Of a DNA stretch of 64,000 nucleotides, positions 37,801-45,100 are shown piece after piece. This stretch comes from a virus. Under the pieces are notes generated by a model, which saw nothing but the letters and a program-made list of their open reading frames with translations, ran no database searches and was not told the DNA's origin. The DNA is taken from positions 96,001 through 160,000 of the IMG/VR virus record IMGVR_UViG_3300036770_006434; one strand, written 5' to 3'. A program made the translations under genes and the position numbers. Within the stretch, counting starts at the first letter, position 1; each line of letters starts with the position of its first letter.

Positions 37801-38075
37801 TTTCCGAGGGTGGCGAGGTCGGCATTCCGATGTCCGTCGGATCATCTTCCCCCTCTGTTTCCAGCTCCCCTTCCGTAGACCAGCAAGTCTACGTCAAAAT
37901 CGAGATCAACAACCAAGGCGGCGTGTCTTCTTCTTCCAAGTCCGGCGGCGGCGGCATGGACTCCCAAGCGGCGGGCAGACTGGAGAAGTTGGTCCGTGGA
38001 TGGACACAGGACGAGCTGGTCCGCCAGAGCCGCTCGGACGGGTTCTTTACCCAACGCTCCAGATATATACAGTAA
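31887..38075 (+). CDS. Tail tape measure protein (2062 aa)
   Basis: N-terminal TP901-type TMP domain ('DKLATVDAKFAVSSSDLAEALSRAG...IGNALKTIFTR'-like segment), glycine-zipper segments, C-terminal 'AMLTGGEYVF...GGSGVRDDVPA' motifs; located before the M-L-K-I-J genes. Confidence 0.92.
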   Translation: MADQTSVTFNYDLAPSAQVQSKLQRQFNEFEKRLIFKGPFGQMNREVRTFQSEMERANQRVITLGASFAVLSSSIRILKDIVRSTIEVEKSLTDINAVFGLSAQNLDKFSKDLFNVARNTSQSFDKAAEAAKEFSRQGLSAEETLKRTRDALILTRLANLDVSKSVDVLTASINGFQKSALNSTEIINKLATVDAKFAVSSSDLAEALSRAGAAASDAGVSFDQLLGIVTSVQQTTARGGSVIGNALKTIFTRVERRDTIEAFRSLGVAVEDSSGQILGAIPLLQNFARSYDKLSDSTKKQAAELVGGVYQINILKAALGDLARANGIAAQATRTAAGATDEAIERNEVLNKTLDATLTRLGTSFKQIGSNIGSLSFANPLKDLLNTIQGGGIMKALEDASGGAETAGGKVAQMFLSGFGAAITYGLAPLLAFGVGRIVTGTFKNLFKDAKEITFLNKEASTQAQIQNQLVGLYRAGGAALQQQLSTMSTMTEKAAYLNTLMRSSSAAVVSPRRMAQFMAKGVPRSAGGYIPMGEESAAIAAGVGGAPAGARPVYLPSFNRGGGQRGIVANTSEFIVPGAAGGAIFNREMIQKYGLPPGSTPVAAGGYIPNAAEGVIKTHVDYSSFRSSRGTFVSKESIAQIDDLLKAITKAGSGQEARQLGKGVIDLAEGLNRMSKGKVWEELGRIYTLFDRGYYGGTPAGPGQLPDMPSSPRGTGVGAPFTAIPYMPQVYAEKYFKKNFSSLRLKDLSYASGLFDLTSDSGDRFLAEQIGRRSSNFNALNKNGNIQGLALADAITASRGLAYGTTLTDQFNQTVQASIQSGKGILTAYREAIQQLTTETTNRKQINSIIRKSIPTNVAFEKERGESLALARLENKSIKGSISRQAILNAAVQRVEGGARLSDLTPQQRGLFISGLRQKAANDLGFGGQDISTVLRDKDARSQINQIVSREMAVINSQPREIPPLLSGRGKTSSFLQRAMGRLNSPSGSLALALGPSFAAGLIPEGSGGTTSGMGFGALKGGLSGAGVGAGIGSFIPGIGTAAGAGIGGAIGSAYGFLSKFRESFEELSTRLEESTKEVTQEFDNTAKIIRLRGEASRARAEGRERDAYAAENEAADLVRGTRNQKYMDFLGKNRFNPNLESDFAEFGGAEVESNFLRKQMLYAGKLGEKPLIPFESMLSKGGLGMALGSIIPGIGPSLGAGIGGMVGSGYIDKFLPKEYTKQPFEESAAEEASKGLRQIVKQLPNIVLANLQTKAASDPLGAMALIAGMSGMQGSEVKALMSNVNPDFARSAVIGATSQAIRGNLNVQQNATPNQAYRDLNQAQITEMVISRKMRASLSDLSFSSGNQIEQNRQRLLLGKEYLSDSDRLTMERNYGQANIERETAQKRKTLVTGGIADLFSQLGQQNVLDPKVFSRIGSIERSRDPLNELLKLQSVLSNSQKPSDLAGVYTKEFMNQLGEMIQSIKVLNETEKLNIKVNNETNALMQKDLAEKKTFEYAVQMGRKRGDDAREAVALAMRQGELSSVIENNILNEDETEYRNSLREGKSGFSESGLFSLLASNSKRRSILSSRESDSAIINAYKENPSLFSGSEIGSSIFGDAKERGRLGKTQGSFLGGFRSVIEGAKRDLLDFSEIGAQVANSLQSNLTSFWTDFATGAISGKNAFRSFAASVLTDASRMLASKAFSAVLSSIPGFGLSSGGRVGFAAGGMVPAMLTGGEYVFGPKAVQQIGPETLRRLNGYANGGMVRGGSGVRDDVPADLPTGSFVIKKSSAQRLGSGYLNALAEGKVQNRFLGGLMSTALGGALTGGVLGGGLGYLVGGKKGAIGGALLGAIGGGLYGYNSGQMSAGMQAYGLQNEVAGLSVGTKAMLGIGASAGLGLLAGGISSKGLKKESSYISEDQVPALRAQLEQNQLAGRKAGQQVFLQINPQGGYSLAGFDSAPATRRWANGGGVDLPMSSGPSSPMFQGFSEGGEVGIPMSVGSSSPSVSSSPSVDQQVYVKIEINNQGGVSSSSKSGGGGMDSQAAGRLEKLVRGWTQDELVRQSRSDGFFTQRSRYIQ

Positions 38076-38081
38076 ATCCAC

Positions 38082-38834
38082 ATGTCTGTTCAATATTCCA
38101 TCGCCCCTTTCAACTCTACCCTGACGTATAAGAAATACGACGTGGTGTATGGCATATACATAGGGTCCACCATCCATTCTTCGCCTTATTTCTATGCCAC
38201 ATCCGACGTGGCGGCAGGCTACAGCCCGTCCGGCGTATACAACTACCCGATCACGCAATTCTCGCGCTCAGAGGATGTTACAACTCTGACATACTCCCAC
38301 ACCGGCGGCCCGGCCTTCGGGGTGGGTTCCATCATCAAGGTGACCGGCATGGCGAATACCACCGTCAATTTTACCGGTATGGTGATGCAGGGCGGTTCCG
38401 GCACCATTTCCTTTGTAAATCCCGGATGGCCGGAAACGACAGCTACCAGTATCGGGGCCATCAACTGCCTGTCGCCCGCTTGGACGACTGGGTTCATGCA
38501 TATCCCGGACTACACAACAAATGTAGACACCGAAAATCCCACGATTGTGTCGCAAATGGGAGGAGGCTACTCCCAACGAATTTCGCAGGGAATCAACACC
38601 TTCAATCAAGGCATCAATCTGGTTTTCCGCAATATCGGACCCCAGCAGACGAAGGCCATCAATAACTTCATCCAAGACAAACAGGGGGTCTACCCCTTTG
38701 ATATCCTATTAAACGACCAGTTTCTGAATAATCAACCGAACCAGAAGTATGTGGGCTCCAATGTGAAGATTGAGCCAGCGTCCTTCAAGTTATACAACGT
38801 GTCGGTTCAGGTGAACCGCGTGTTTGACCTCTAA
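38082..38834 (+). CDS. Distal tail protein, lambda gpM-like C-terminal domain
   Basis: 'MGGGYSQRISQGIN...LVF...INNFIQDKQGVYPF...VQVNRVFDL'; follows TMP. Confidence 0.75.
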   Translation: MSVQYSIAPFNSTLTYKKYDVVYGIYIGSTIHSSPYFYATSDVAAGYSPSGVYNYPITQFSRSEDVTTLTYSHTGGPAFGVGSIIKVTGMANTTVNFTGMVMQGGSGTISFVNPGWPETTATSIGAINCLSPAWTTGFMHIPDYTTNVDTENPTIVSQMGGGYSQRISQGINTFNQGINLVFRNIGPQQTKAINNFIQDKQGVYPFDILLNDQFLNNQPNQKYVGSNVKIEPASFKLYNVSVQVNRVFDL

Positions 38835-38839
38835 TCTAT

Positions 38840-39766
38840 ATGCTGTCAATAGGACAAAAGTTTTCAGAAGAAAATAAACCAAATTCAACACACAAAAGCC
38901 CCGCTATTTACATAGCAACAAACTCTGTAAATGGTAAAATATACGTTGGTAGCACAAAGAGTTTCGAGAGAAGATTCGCGGGTCATAGATGCATAATGAG
39001 AAGGCCGCATGACGCGTCCACCGCTTTTGAATATGCGATTGTAAAATATGGGTTTTCTGCTTTTGTTTTTGAGATAGTCGAAATTCCGGTTGAGGAAAAA
39101 AGGTTTGAAAGAGAGCAGTTTTGGATTGATAAAATGCAGCCTTTTAGAGAAAAAGGATACAATTTATTAAAAACTACAAAATACATACCCAATAATTGCA
39201 AAAAACCAATGTCAGAAGAGGCCCGTAAAAAAATGATAGAAACGAGCAGAAGGACTGGCCTAAAATATGCCGAAGAAACCAGAAAAAGAACAAGCAAGCC
39301 AGTTTATCAAATAGACCCCGAAACCAAGTTGATAATTAGCGAATACCCTTCAGCAATAGCGGCAGACATTGCAATCGGATCACCCACTTCTTCCGTTAAC
39401 AACGCGTGTAGAAAGGGACGTAAAGTAAAGGGTTTTTTTTGGGTTTACAAAAAAGATTACGACTCAGGAAACTATTCAATCCGACCAAAAAGAAAGATAA
39501 ATCTTTGCGCCTCTTTTTACAAAAGCATAAAACCAATTGTAATGATGGACATGGATGGTAATGAAATAGCCTATTGGGATTCAGCCCAAGACATTTTGGA
39601 GGTAATGGGATTTGTTCAAAGCCCTATTTTAAAATGTTGCCGTGGAGAGAGGAATAAAAGCTATGGATATACATGGAAATTTGTCCAAGATCAAGCGGCT
39701 ATAGATTCGATAAAAAAGAAAAGAAAAACGGTATACGAAAGAAACAAGTTTGAAATTTTAGAATAA
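38840..39766 (+). CDS. Free-standing GIY-YIG homing endonuclease with NUMOD3 and two NUMOD1-like repeats
   Basis: 'AIYIATNSVNGKIYVGST...RRFAGH...REQFWID...GYNL'; 'KPVYQID...EYPSA', 'KPIVMMDMDGNEIAYWDSA...CCRG...SYGYTWKF'; AT-rich. Confidence 0.9.
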   Translation: MLSIGQKFSEENKPNSTHKSPAIYIATNSVNGKIYVGSTKSFERRFAGHRCIMRRPHDASTAFEYAIVKYGFSAFVFEIVEIPVEEKRFEREQFWIDKMQPFREKGYNLLKTTKYIPNNCKKPMSEEARKKMIETSRRTGLKYAEETRKRTSKPVYQIDPETKLIISEYPSAIAADIAIGSPTSSVNNACRKGRKVKGFFWVYKKDYDSGNYSIRPKRKINLCASFYKSIKPIVMMDMDGNEIAYWDSAQDILEVMGFVQSPILKCCRGERNKSYGYTWKFVQDQAAIDSIKKKRKTVYERNKFEILE

Positions 39767-39767
39767 A

Positions 39768-40688
39768 ATGCCACAAGAAAAAATATTAGCAGAGTCATAT
39801 TCTTTTACGCCAAGCGCTCTGATTGAGCTGTTTGAGTTAAATGGCACAAGCGTCGGGCTATCAACTATTTATAGATTTGTAAATTCAAGTTCCAGCAGTT
39901 TTCAATCTGTTGTTTTTGATGGCGAAACATATATGCCTTTTCCCATAATGATGGAAAATGTCGATAGCGATTCCAAGGGAAGTCTGCCACGTCCGCGTCT
40001 CTCGGTATCCAACATCAACGGATTCGTTTCCAATCTCCTTTTACTGAATACCAATTCCTTGGACGGCGCGACGGTTACCAGAAGGCGAGTCTTCGCCCGT
40101 TTTCTGGATGCGTCCAACTACCCGACACCAACCCCGATCTGGGTCACACCCGATACGACCGCCGCCTTCCCGGACGAACCGTTTATCATCAACCGAAAGG
40201 TCCTTGAAAACCCGCAGGTAGTCCAGTGGGAGTTGGCCAGTCCGTTGGAGGCGAATAATGCGAGATTGCCCAGACGCCAACTGATTGCAAATGTCTGCAC
40301 TTGGAAATACCGCCAAAGCGGGACCTGTAACTACTCTGGTGCTCCGGTGTCGGATGTCGCAAATAGAGCGTTTGAAGGAACGTTTTACAATATGACGTTT
40401 GCTCCGACAAATGATAAAGGGGAATATGATTCCGCAACCACTTACGACCGAGGCGATTACGTGTATACGACATCCAATTTGCCGCAATTCAGCGGCATCC
40501 AAGTCTATTGGGTCTGTCTAGTGGACGGAACCAACGGCGTAGCCCCCGCCACGAATAGCCCCAACTGGCAGGCGGACCAGTGCTCCAAGTCCTCGGCGGC
40601 CTGTAAGCTGAGGTTCACCGATACCCCTCTCAGGACCTCGGCCATGCCCGGCGTCTCGCGCGCGGATTGGATTTTGCAGCGTCGGTAA
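39768..40688 (+). CDS. Minor tail protein, lambda gpL-like
   Basis: 'IELFEL...LPRPRLSVSN...VTRRRVFARFLD...WELASPLE...LPRRQ...CTWKYR...C.YSG...DQCSKSSAACKLRF' with the conserved Cys set. Confidence 0.9.
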   Translation: MPQEKILAESYSFTPSALIELFELNGTSVGLSTIYRFVNSSSSSFQSVVFDGETYMPFPIMMENVDSDSKGSLPRPRLSVSNINGFVSNLLLLNTNSLDGATVTRRRVFARFLDASNYPTPTPIWVTPDTTAAFPDEPFIINRKVLENPQVVQWELASPLEANNARLPRRQLIANVCTWKYRQSGTCNYSGAPVSDVANRAFEGTFYNMTFAPTNDKGEYDSATTYDRGDYVYTTSNLPQFSGIQVYWVCLVDGTNGVAPATNSPNWQADQCSKSSAACKLRFTDTPLRTSAMPGVSRADWILQRR

Positions 40689-40689
40689 T

Positions 40690-41388
40690 ATGCACCCCAA
40701 GATAAAGGCGGACATCATTGGGTTGGCCAAGGCGGAGCCAGACCGCGAGGTGTGCGGATTCATATATGTGGACGCTCAAAACGAGGCGGCCATTCTGCCG
40801 TGCGCCAATATTGCCGCGAATCCGACAGAAGAGTTCCTTATATCTGACGAAGACCACATGCGGGCGATGGGATACAAAAGAATCCTCGGCGTTTACCACT
40901 CTCACCCCAATTCCCCGGGGTTCTCGCCGGAAGATTTGGGGTGTGCCGAAGCCATGGGCGTGCCTTTCTACCTGTATTGCGTCAAATCAGAGACTTGGCA
41001 ATCGTATCTGCCGGAATCCTACGATCCCCCGCTGGCCGGAAGACAATTTGTCGTGGGATTCGAGGACTGCTACGAGTTGGTTCGGTTGTATTTCCGGCAA
41101 AAAGGCCACCACATGAACGATTATGACAGGGACCGGACCTTAAACCTGAAGGACCTGATACTGGACAGGTTTCAGGTAGAGGGATTTACGGAAATCCCTG
41201 TGAATCAAGCCACTTATGGAGACGTATTCATGTTCAAGTCAGATCGGGTTTTGTCCAATCACTTCGGCATTCTGATAGGTCCGTCCAAGATGTTGCACCA
41301 CCCTATTGGCGGCCTATCCTGCGAAGAAATGGTGACGGACCGCTGGCTTTCCAGACTTACCCACGTTTTCCGACTAAAACAGGGCTGA
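40690..41388 (+). CDS. Tail tip protein, lambda gpK-like (JAB/MPN + NlpC/P60)
   Basis: 'EVCG...VYHSHP...SPED' JAB motif; 'DCYELVRLYF...HFGI...MLHH' NlpC/P60 motif. Confidence 0.9.
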   Translation: MHPKIKADIIGLAKAEPDREVCGFIYVDAQNEAAILPCANIAANPTEEFLISDEDHMRAMGYKRILGVYHSHPNSPGFSPEDLGCAEAMGVPFYLYCVKSETWQSYLPESYDPPLAGRQFVVGFEDCYELVRLYFRQKGHHMNDYDRDRTLNLKDLILDRFQVEGFTEIPVNQATYGDVFMFKSDRVLSNHFGILIGPSKMLHHPIGGLSCEEMVTDRWLSRLTHVFRLKQG

Positions 41389-41393
41389 TTTTT

Positions 41394-41400
41394 GTGTAAC
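41394..41400 (+). promoter_or_regulatory. Putative late promoter -10 element GTGTAAC
   Basis: TAAAA-N14; precedes ATG 41440. Confidence 0.6.
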
Positions 41401-41439
41401 CCCAAGGGTCGGCACCAAATCGGTTCCGACGGAGCGGAA

Positions 41440-42162
41440 ATGCAAAAGGAAGCGCAAATTGTCAAAATCATTCTGGGTGGGGCTCTTGGCCGGAAATTCG
41501 GCAAAGAGTGGAATCTGCGCGTGGGGTCTGTGGCGGAAGCCGTTCAAGCGATTGATGTGAATACGGGCGGCAAATTCAGGGGACACCTCTACAAAGAGGG
41601 TAACAAAAAATTCTACAAAATCGCGCTTGGCAGGAAGGATAATCTATTGGACAAAGAGGAGCTGTGCAATCCCAGCGGCAAGAACGATATATACATTTTG
41701 CCGGTAATCAAGGGTAGGGAAAAGGGGCTGACCAAGATACTGGCGGCAGTAGCGATTGCGGCAGTTACATATTTTACTTTTGGTGCTGGTGGATTTTTCG
41801 CAAACGCGGCGCTTGCAACAGCGGGATATAGCGCAGCCGCTTCATTGGCTATCGGTGGCATCGTCCAGCTCCTCACCCCAGTCCCGAACTTCAACCAGTC
41901 CCCGAGCCAAGACAGTTCCAGAGGTTCCAATATTTTTGCCGGCAACGCCGCTTCCGCCTCCCAAGGGGAAGGTGTGGCGCTGGTATATGGCCGCGCTTTG
42001 GTGGCCCCGACCCCAGTCTGTTTGTCGTTCTCTGCCGTGGATCAGCTAAACGTCGGCTCAGACAGTTACGCCACTCAGGAATACGATATAGAATACGGTG
42101 ACGGCGGAGTGGTCAACTACATCCCGCGCGCCCCGAATCCGGACGATAACGTTCCAAGCTAA
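41440..42162 (+). CDS. Tail assembly protein, lambda gpI-like
   Basis: 'IILGGALGRKFGK...SVAEAVQAI...ILPVIKG' ubiquitin-like N-terminus, Gly/Ala hydrophobic segment, 'QGEGVALVYGR'. Confidence 0.85.
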   Translation: MQKEAQIVKIILGGALGRKFGKEWNLRVGSVAEAVQAIDVNTGGKFRGHLYKEGNKKFYKIALGRKDNLLDKEELCNPSGKNDIYILPVIKGREKGLTKILAAVAIAAVTYFTFGAGGFFANAALATAGYSAAASLAIGGIVQLLTPVPNFNQSPSQDSSRGSNIFAGNAASASQGEGVALVYGRALVAPTPVCLSFSAVDQLNVGSDSYATQEYDIEYGDGGVVNYIPRAPNPDDNVPS

Positions 42163-45100
42163 TGGCCAACCAAGAAGCCCCGAATACCCTTCTGTCCAAT
42201 GGGACCCTGAAGATACTGGACCTTATCTGTGAAGGGCCTATTTCCGGCTTTGTCACCAAAAACGGTGTCTACGGATCGGACCCGTTGGTATCCACGTATT
42301 ACGATGATGTTCAGGTCAGGAATCTTGACGGCTCTTACAACTATAACGTCACAGGCGCAGGGTATTCCTTCAATTATACCCGTGGATACAGTTCCCAGAC
42401 CGGAATAGAAGGCTTCCAAAAGGTGGAGGCCGTCCTCCCGCTTTCTTCCAATACCCGTATTGCCAACCCGCCGGATGGAGCGGGTCCCTTTAAGCCCGTC
42501 ATCGTAGCGTTCAATTCCAATATGTTCCCGGATTCTGACTCTATTCGAGTTACGGTCCGGGTCCCGGCACTCATGGCGCAGGACGACGACAACAACACGA
42601 ATCCATTCGAGATTTTCTACGCTGTCGATATCTCCATAAATAACGGGGCTTTTGTCACGGTTGGAAACGAGTTCGTGCGCGGAAAATGCACGTCCGCATA
42701 CCAGAAGAGCACGCAATACCAGCTGCCTAAGACCACTCCGCCAAGCACTTTCTACGATTGGAAAGTCCGAGTTCGCCGCGTTTCCCAGAATATTCTGTCC
42801 ATCAGGACGCAAAACGAGATTTTCGTAGACTCAATCTCCGTAATCTCCACCAGTTTATACGCTTACCCGAACAGCGCGCTGGTCGGGACAGAAATCAACG
42901 CGGACCAGTTTTCTTCCATCCCCAGCCGCGCCTACGAGATAGCTGGCCTTCTGGTTAGCGTCCCTTCCGGATATACGCCGACCCAATATGGATACGACAC
43001 AACTCCATTCGAGCGAATCTGTGAATTTGACCAAAACAATCCCAATATAGGTTTGACGACGCAGTCCGAGTCTGAAATGGCCGGAATAGTCGATGGCATA
43101 ACGATTACAGGTTCCGGTATCCCCCCAAACACCACAGTCATAGATGTCAGCCAAGAGGCACCATGGGCCTTTGCCATAGACACACTTCCGCTAGAAACGG
43201 GACGGGAAATTCCCATCACTTTCTTCCCCACGGAAACCGTCCAGACAATAACCCCGGCCAGTTACCCGGCGGTTTGGGACGGAACCTTTGTGACCGGGGT
43301 ATGGACCGATAACCCAGCTTGGATTTACTACGACATTCTGACGAACCCCGTCCACGGGCTGGGAGACTATATCCAGTCTTCATATGTTGACAAATGGTCT
43401 CTCTACAAGATCGCCCAATACTGCGATGCCATGGTGGATGACGGAGCCGGTGGCCTCGAACCACGGTTTACCTGCAACACGGTAATCAAAGACCCGCAGG
43501 ACGCTTATACGGTCCTTCTCAATCTGGCCTCCACCTTCCGGGGAATGTTGTATTACACGAATGGTGGCATTCATGCATCCCAGAATCAGGACGAGCCGCC
43601 GGTTTACGCGTTCAACAACGCGAACGTGATAGACGGCGTGTTCAGCTACTCGGATACCGCGCGCGACGCCCGCGCGACCGTGGCCAAGGTCAAGTGGGTC
43701 GATCCCGACAACGGATACCGCGAAAACATCGAATACATCGAAGACATAGACGGAATCCTGCGTTACGGCTATCAGGAGAAGGAAATGACTGCCTTTGCCT
43801 GCACCAGCCGTGGACAGGCTTACAGACTTGGGTCTTGGACCCTTCAAACCGAGAGACTTCTCACCGAAACGGTCACATTCCAGACCAGCCTTGAAGGCGT
43901 GGCAGTGCGACCCGGCGACAATTTCGCGGTCTACGATAACTTCCGCAACAATCGGGCGCAGGCCGGTCGTATCACATCCTTCTCTCCCTCTCGCTCTTTG
44001 GTCTATCTGGACAGGTCCGTGGCCATAGAGCCCGACCAAGTGTATAGCCTGTCCTGTATTGTGCCGAAATACCAGCTGGACGGGTCAGGAGATGTCACGG
44101 GCTCCAGCCAAATCCAGTTTATCCGCCAGAGTCAGGTCGAGTCCTTCGCGGTTACCACGTCCGCTACCTCCGGCACCGATTTTCTGGTCATTGCCGGTTC
44201 ATTCTCGACCGGACTCTATCCCGGTAGCCCGTTCATTCTGGCTGCCTCCGGGACCGGTGCCAGTATCCTGAATCGGGCTACATTCTACACCTGTCTGGCC
44301 ACCGCCGAGGTGGAAGCAGGCAAGATAGAAGTCCTTGGCCTAAAGGCGGATACCGGAATCCAGTTCTCCATCCAAACGGGTTATACTGTGGTCGATTGGC
44401 CGGAAAACCCCGGCGACATTGATACGTCCATCCTTCCGCCGAGCAACCTTTTTGTAACCGGCGTCACTGGCGCAGACCTTAACAACGTCTTTTACTCCGC
44501 AATTCAGCTGACTTGGGTGAATACGCCCAGTGCGAATCTCGGCTACTACATAGTGTCCGGCAAGGAGTGGGACACGTCTTACGAAAGGTTCACGGTATCA
44601 AATACGGGATTCAATTTTACCCGTGGAGATTCTGGTTTTTACAACTTTAGAGTGGCAGCAGTCAGTTTTGGAGGCGTGGAATCTGATTTTATTACGGGCG
44701 GTTTTCTGGTATCTTCCCAAAACCCCATCGGCACTCTTCGCGCGCTTTCGGGGGTTAGGATACAGGACAATCCCGACCCGCTTTATGTCAATTCTGTCAC
44801 GGGATACACCGGTTACATCGGAATCAATCCCGGATTCCAGTGGGCTTCCGAAGAAGCGTCCAACGGACTGCCGATAGTCGATTACCAGTTTATCTCCGGT
44901 TATCGGGTTTCCGCCAAGAGTTTTGACGGTGCCACAACATATTACACGACCGATGTAAGCGGAAGGAGCAACACCTCTTTCCAGTTTACCGGAAACCTGT
45001 TGCGCGAATTTGCCGGTTCTCCCCGTGGCTTTGACTTCAGAGTCCAAACGATTGATTTATACGGCAATGTGGCGGACGGAGCCAACATCAAGGTAGACAA

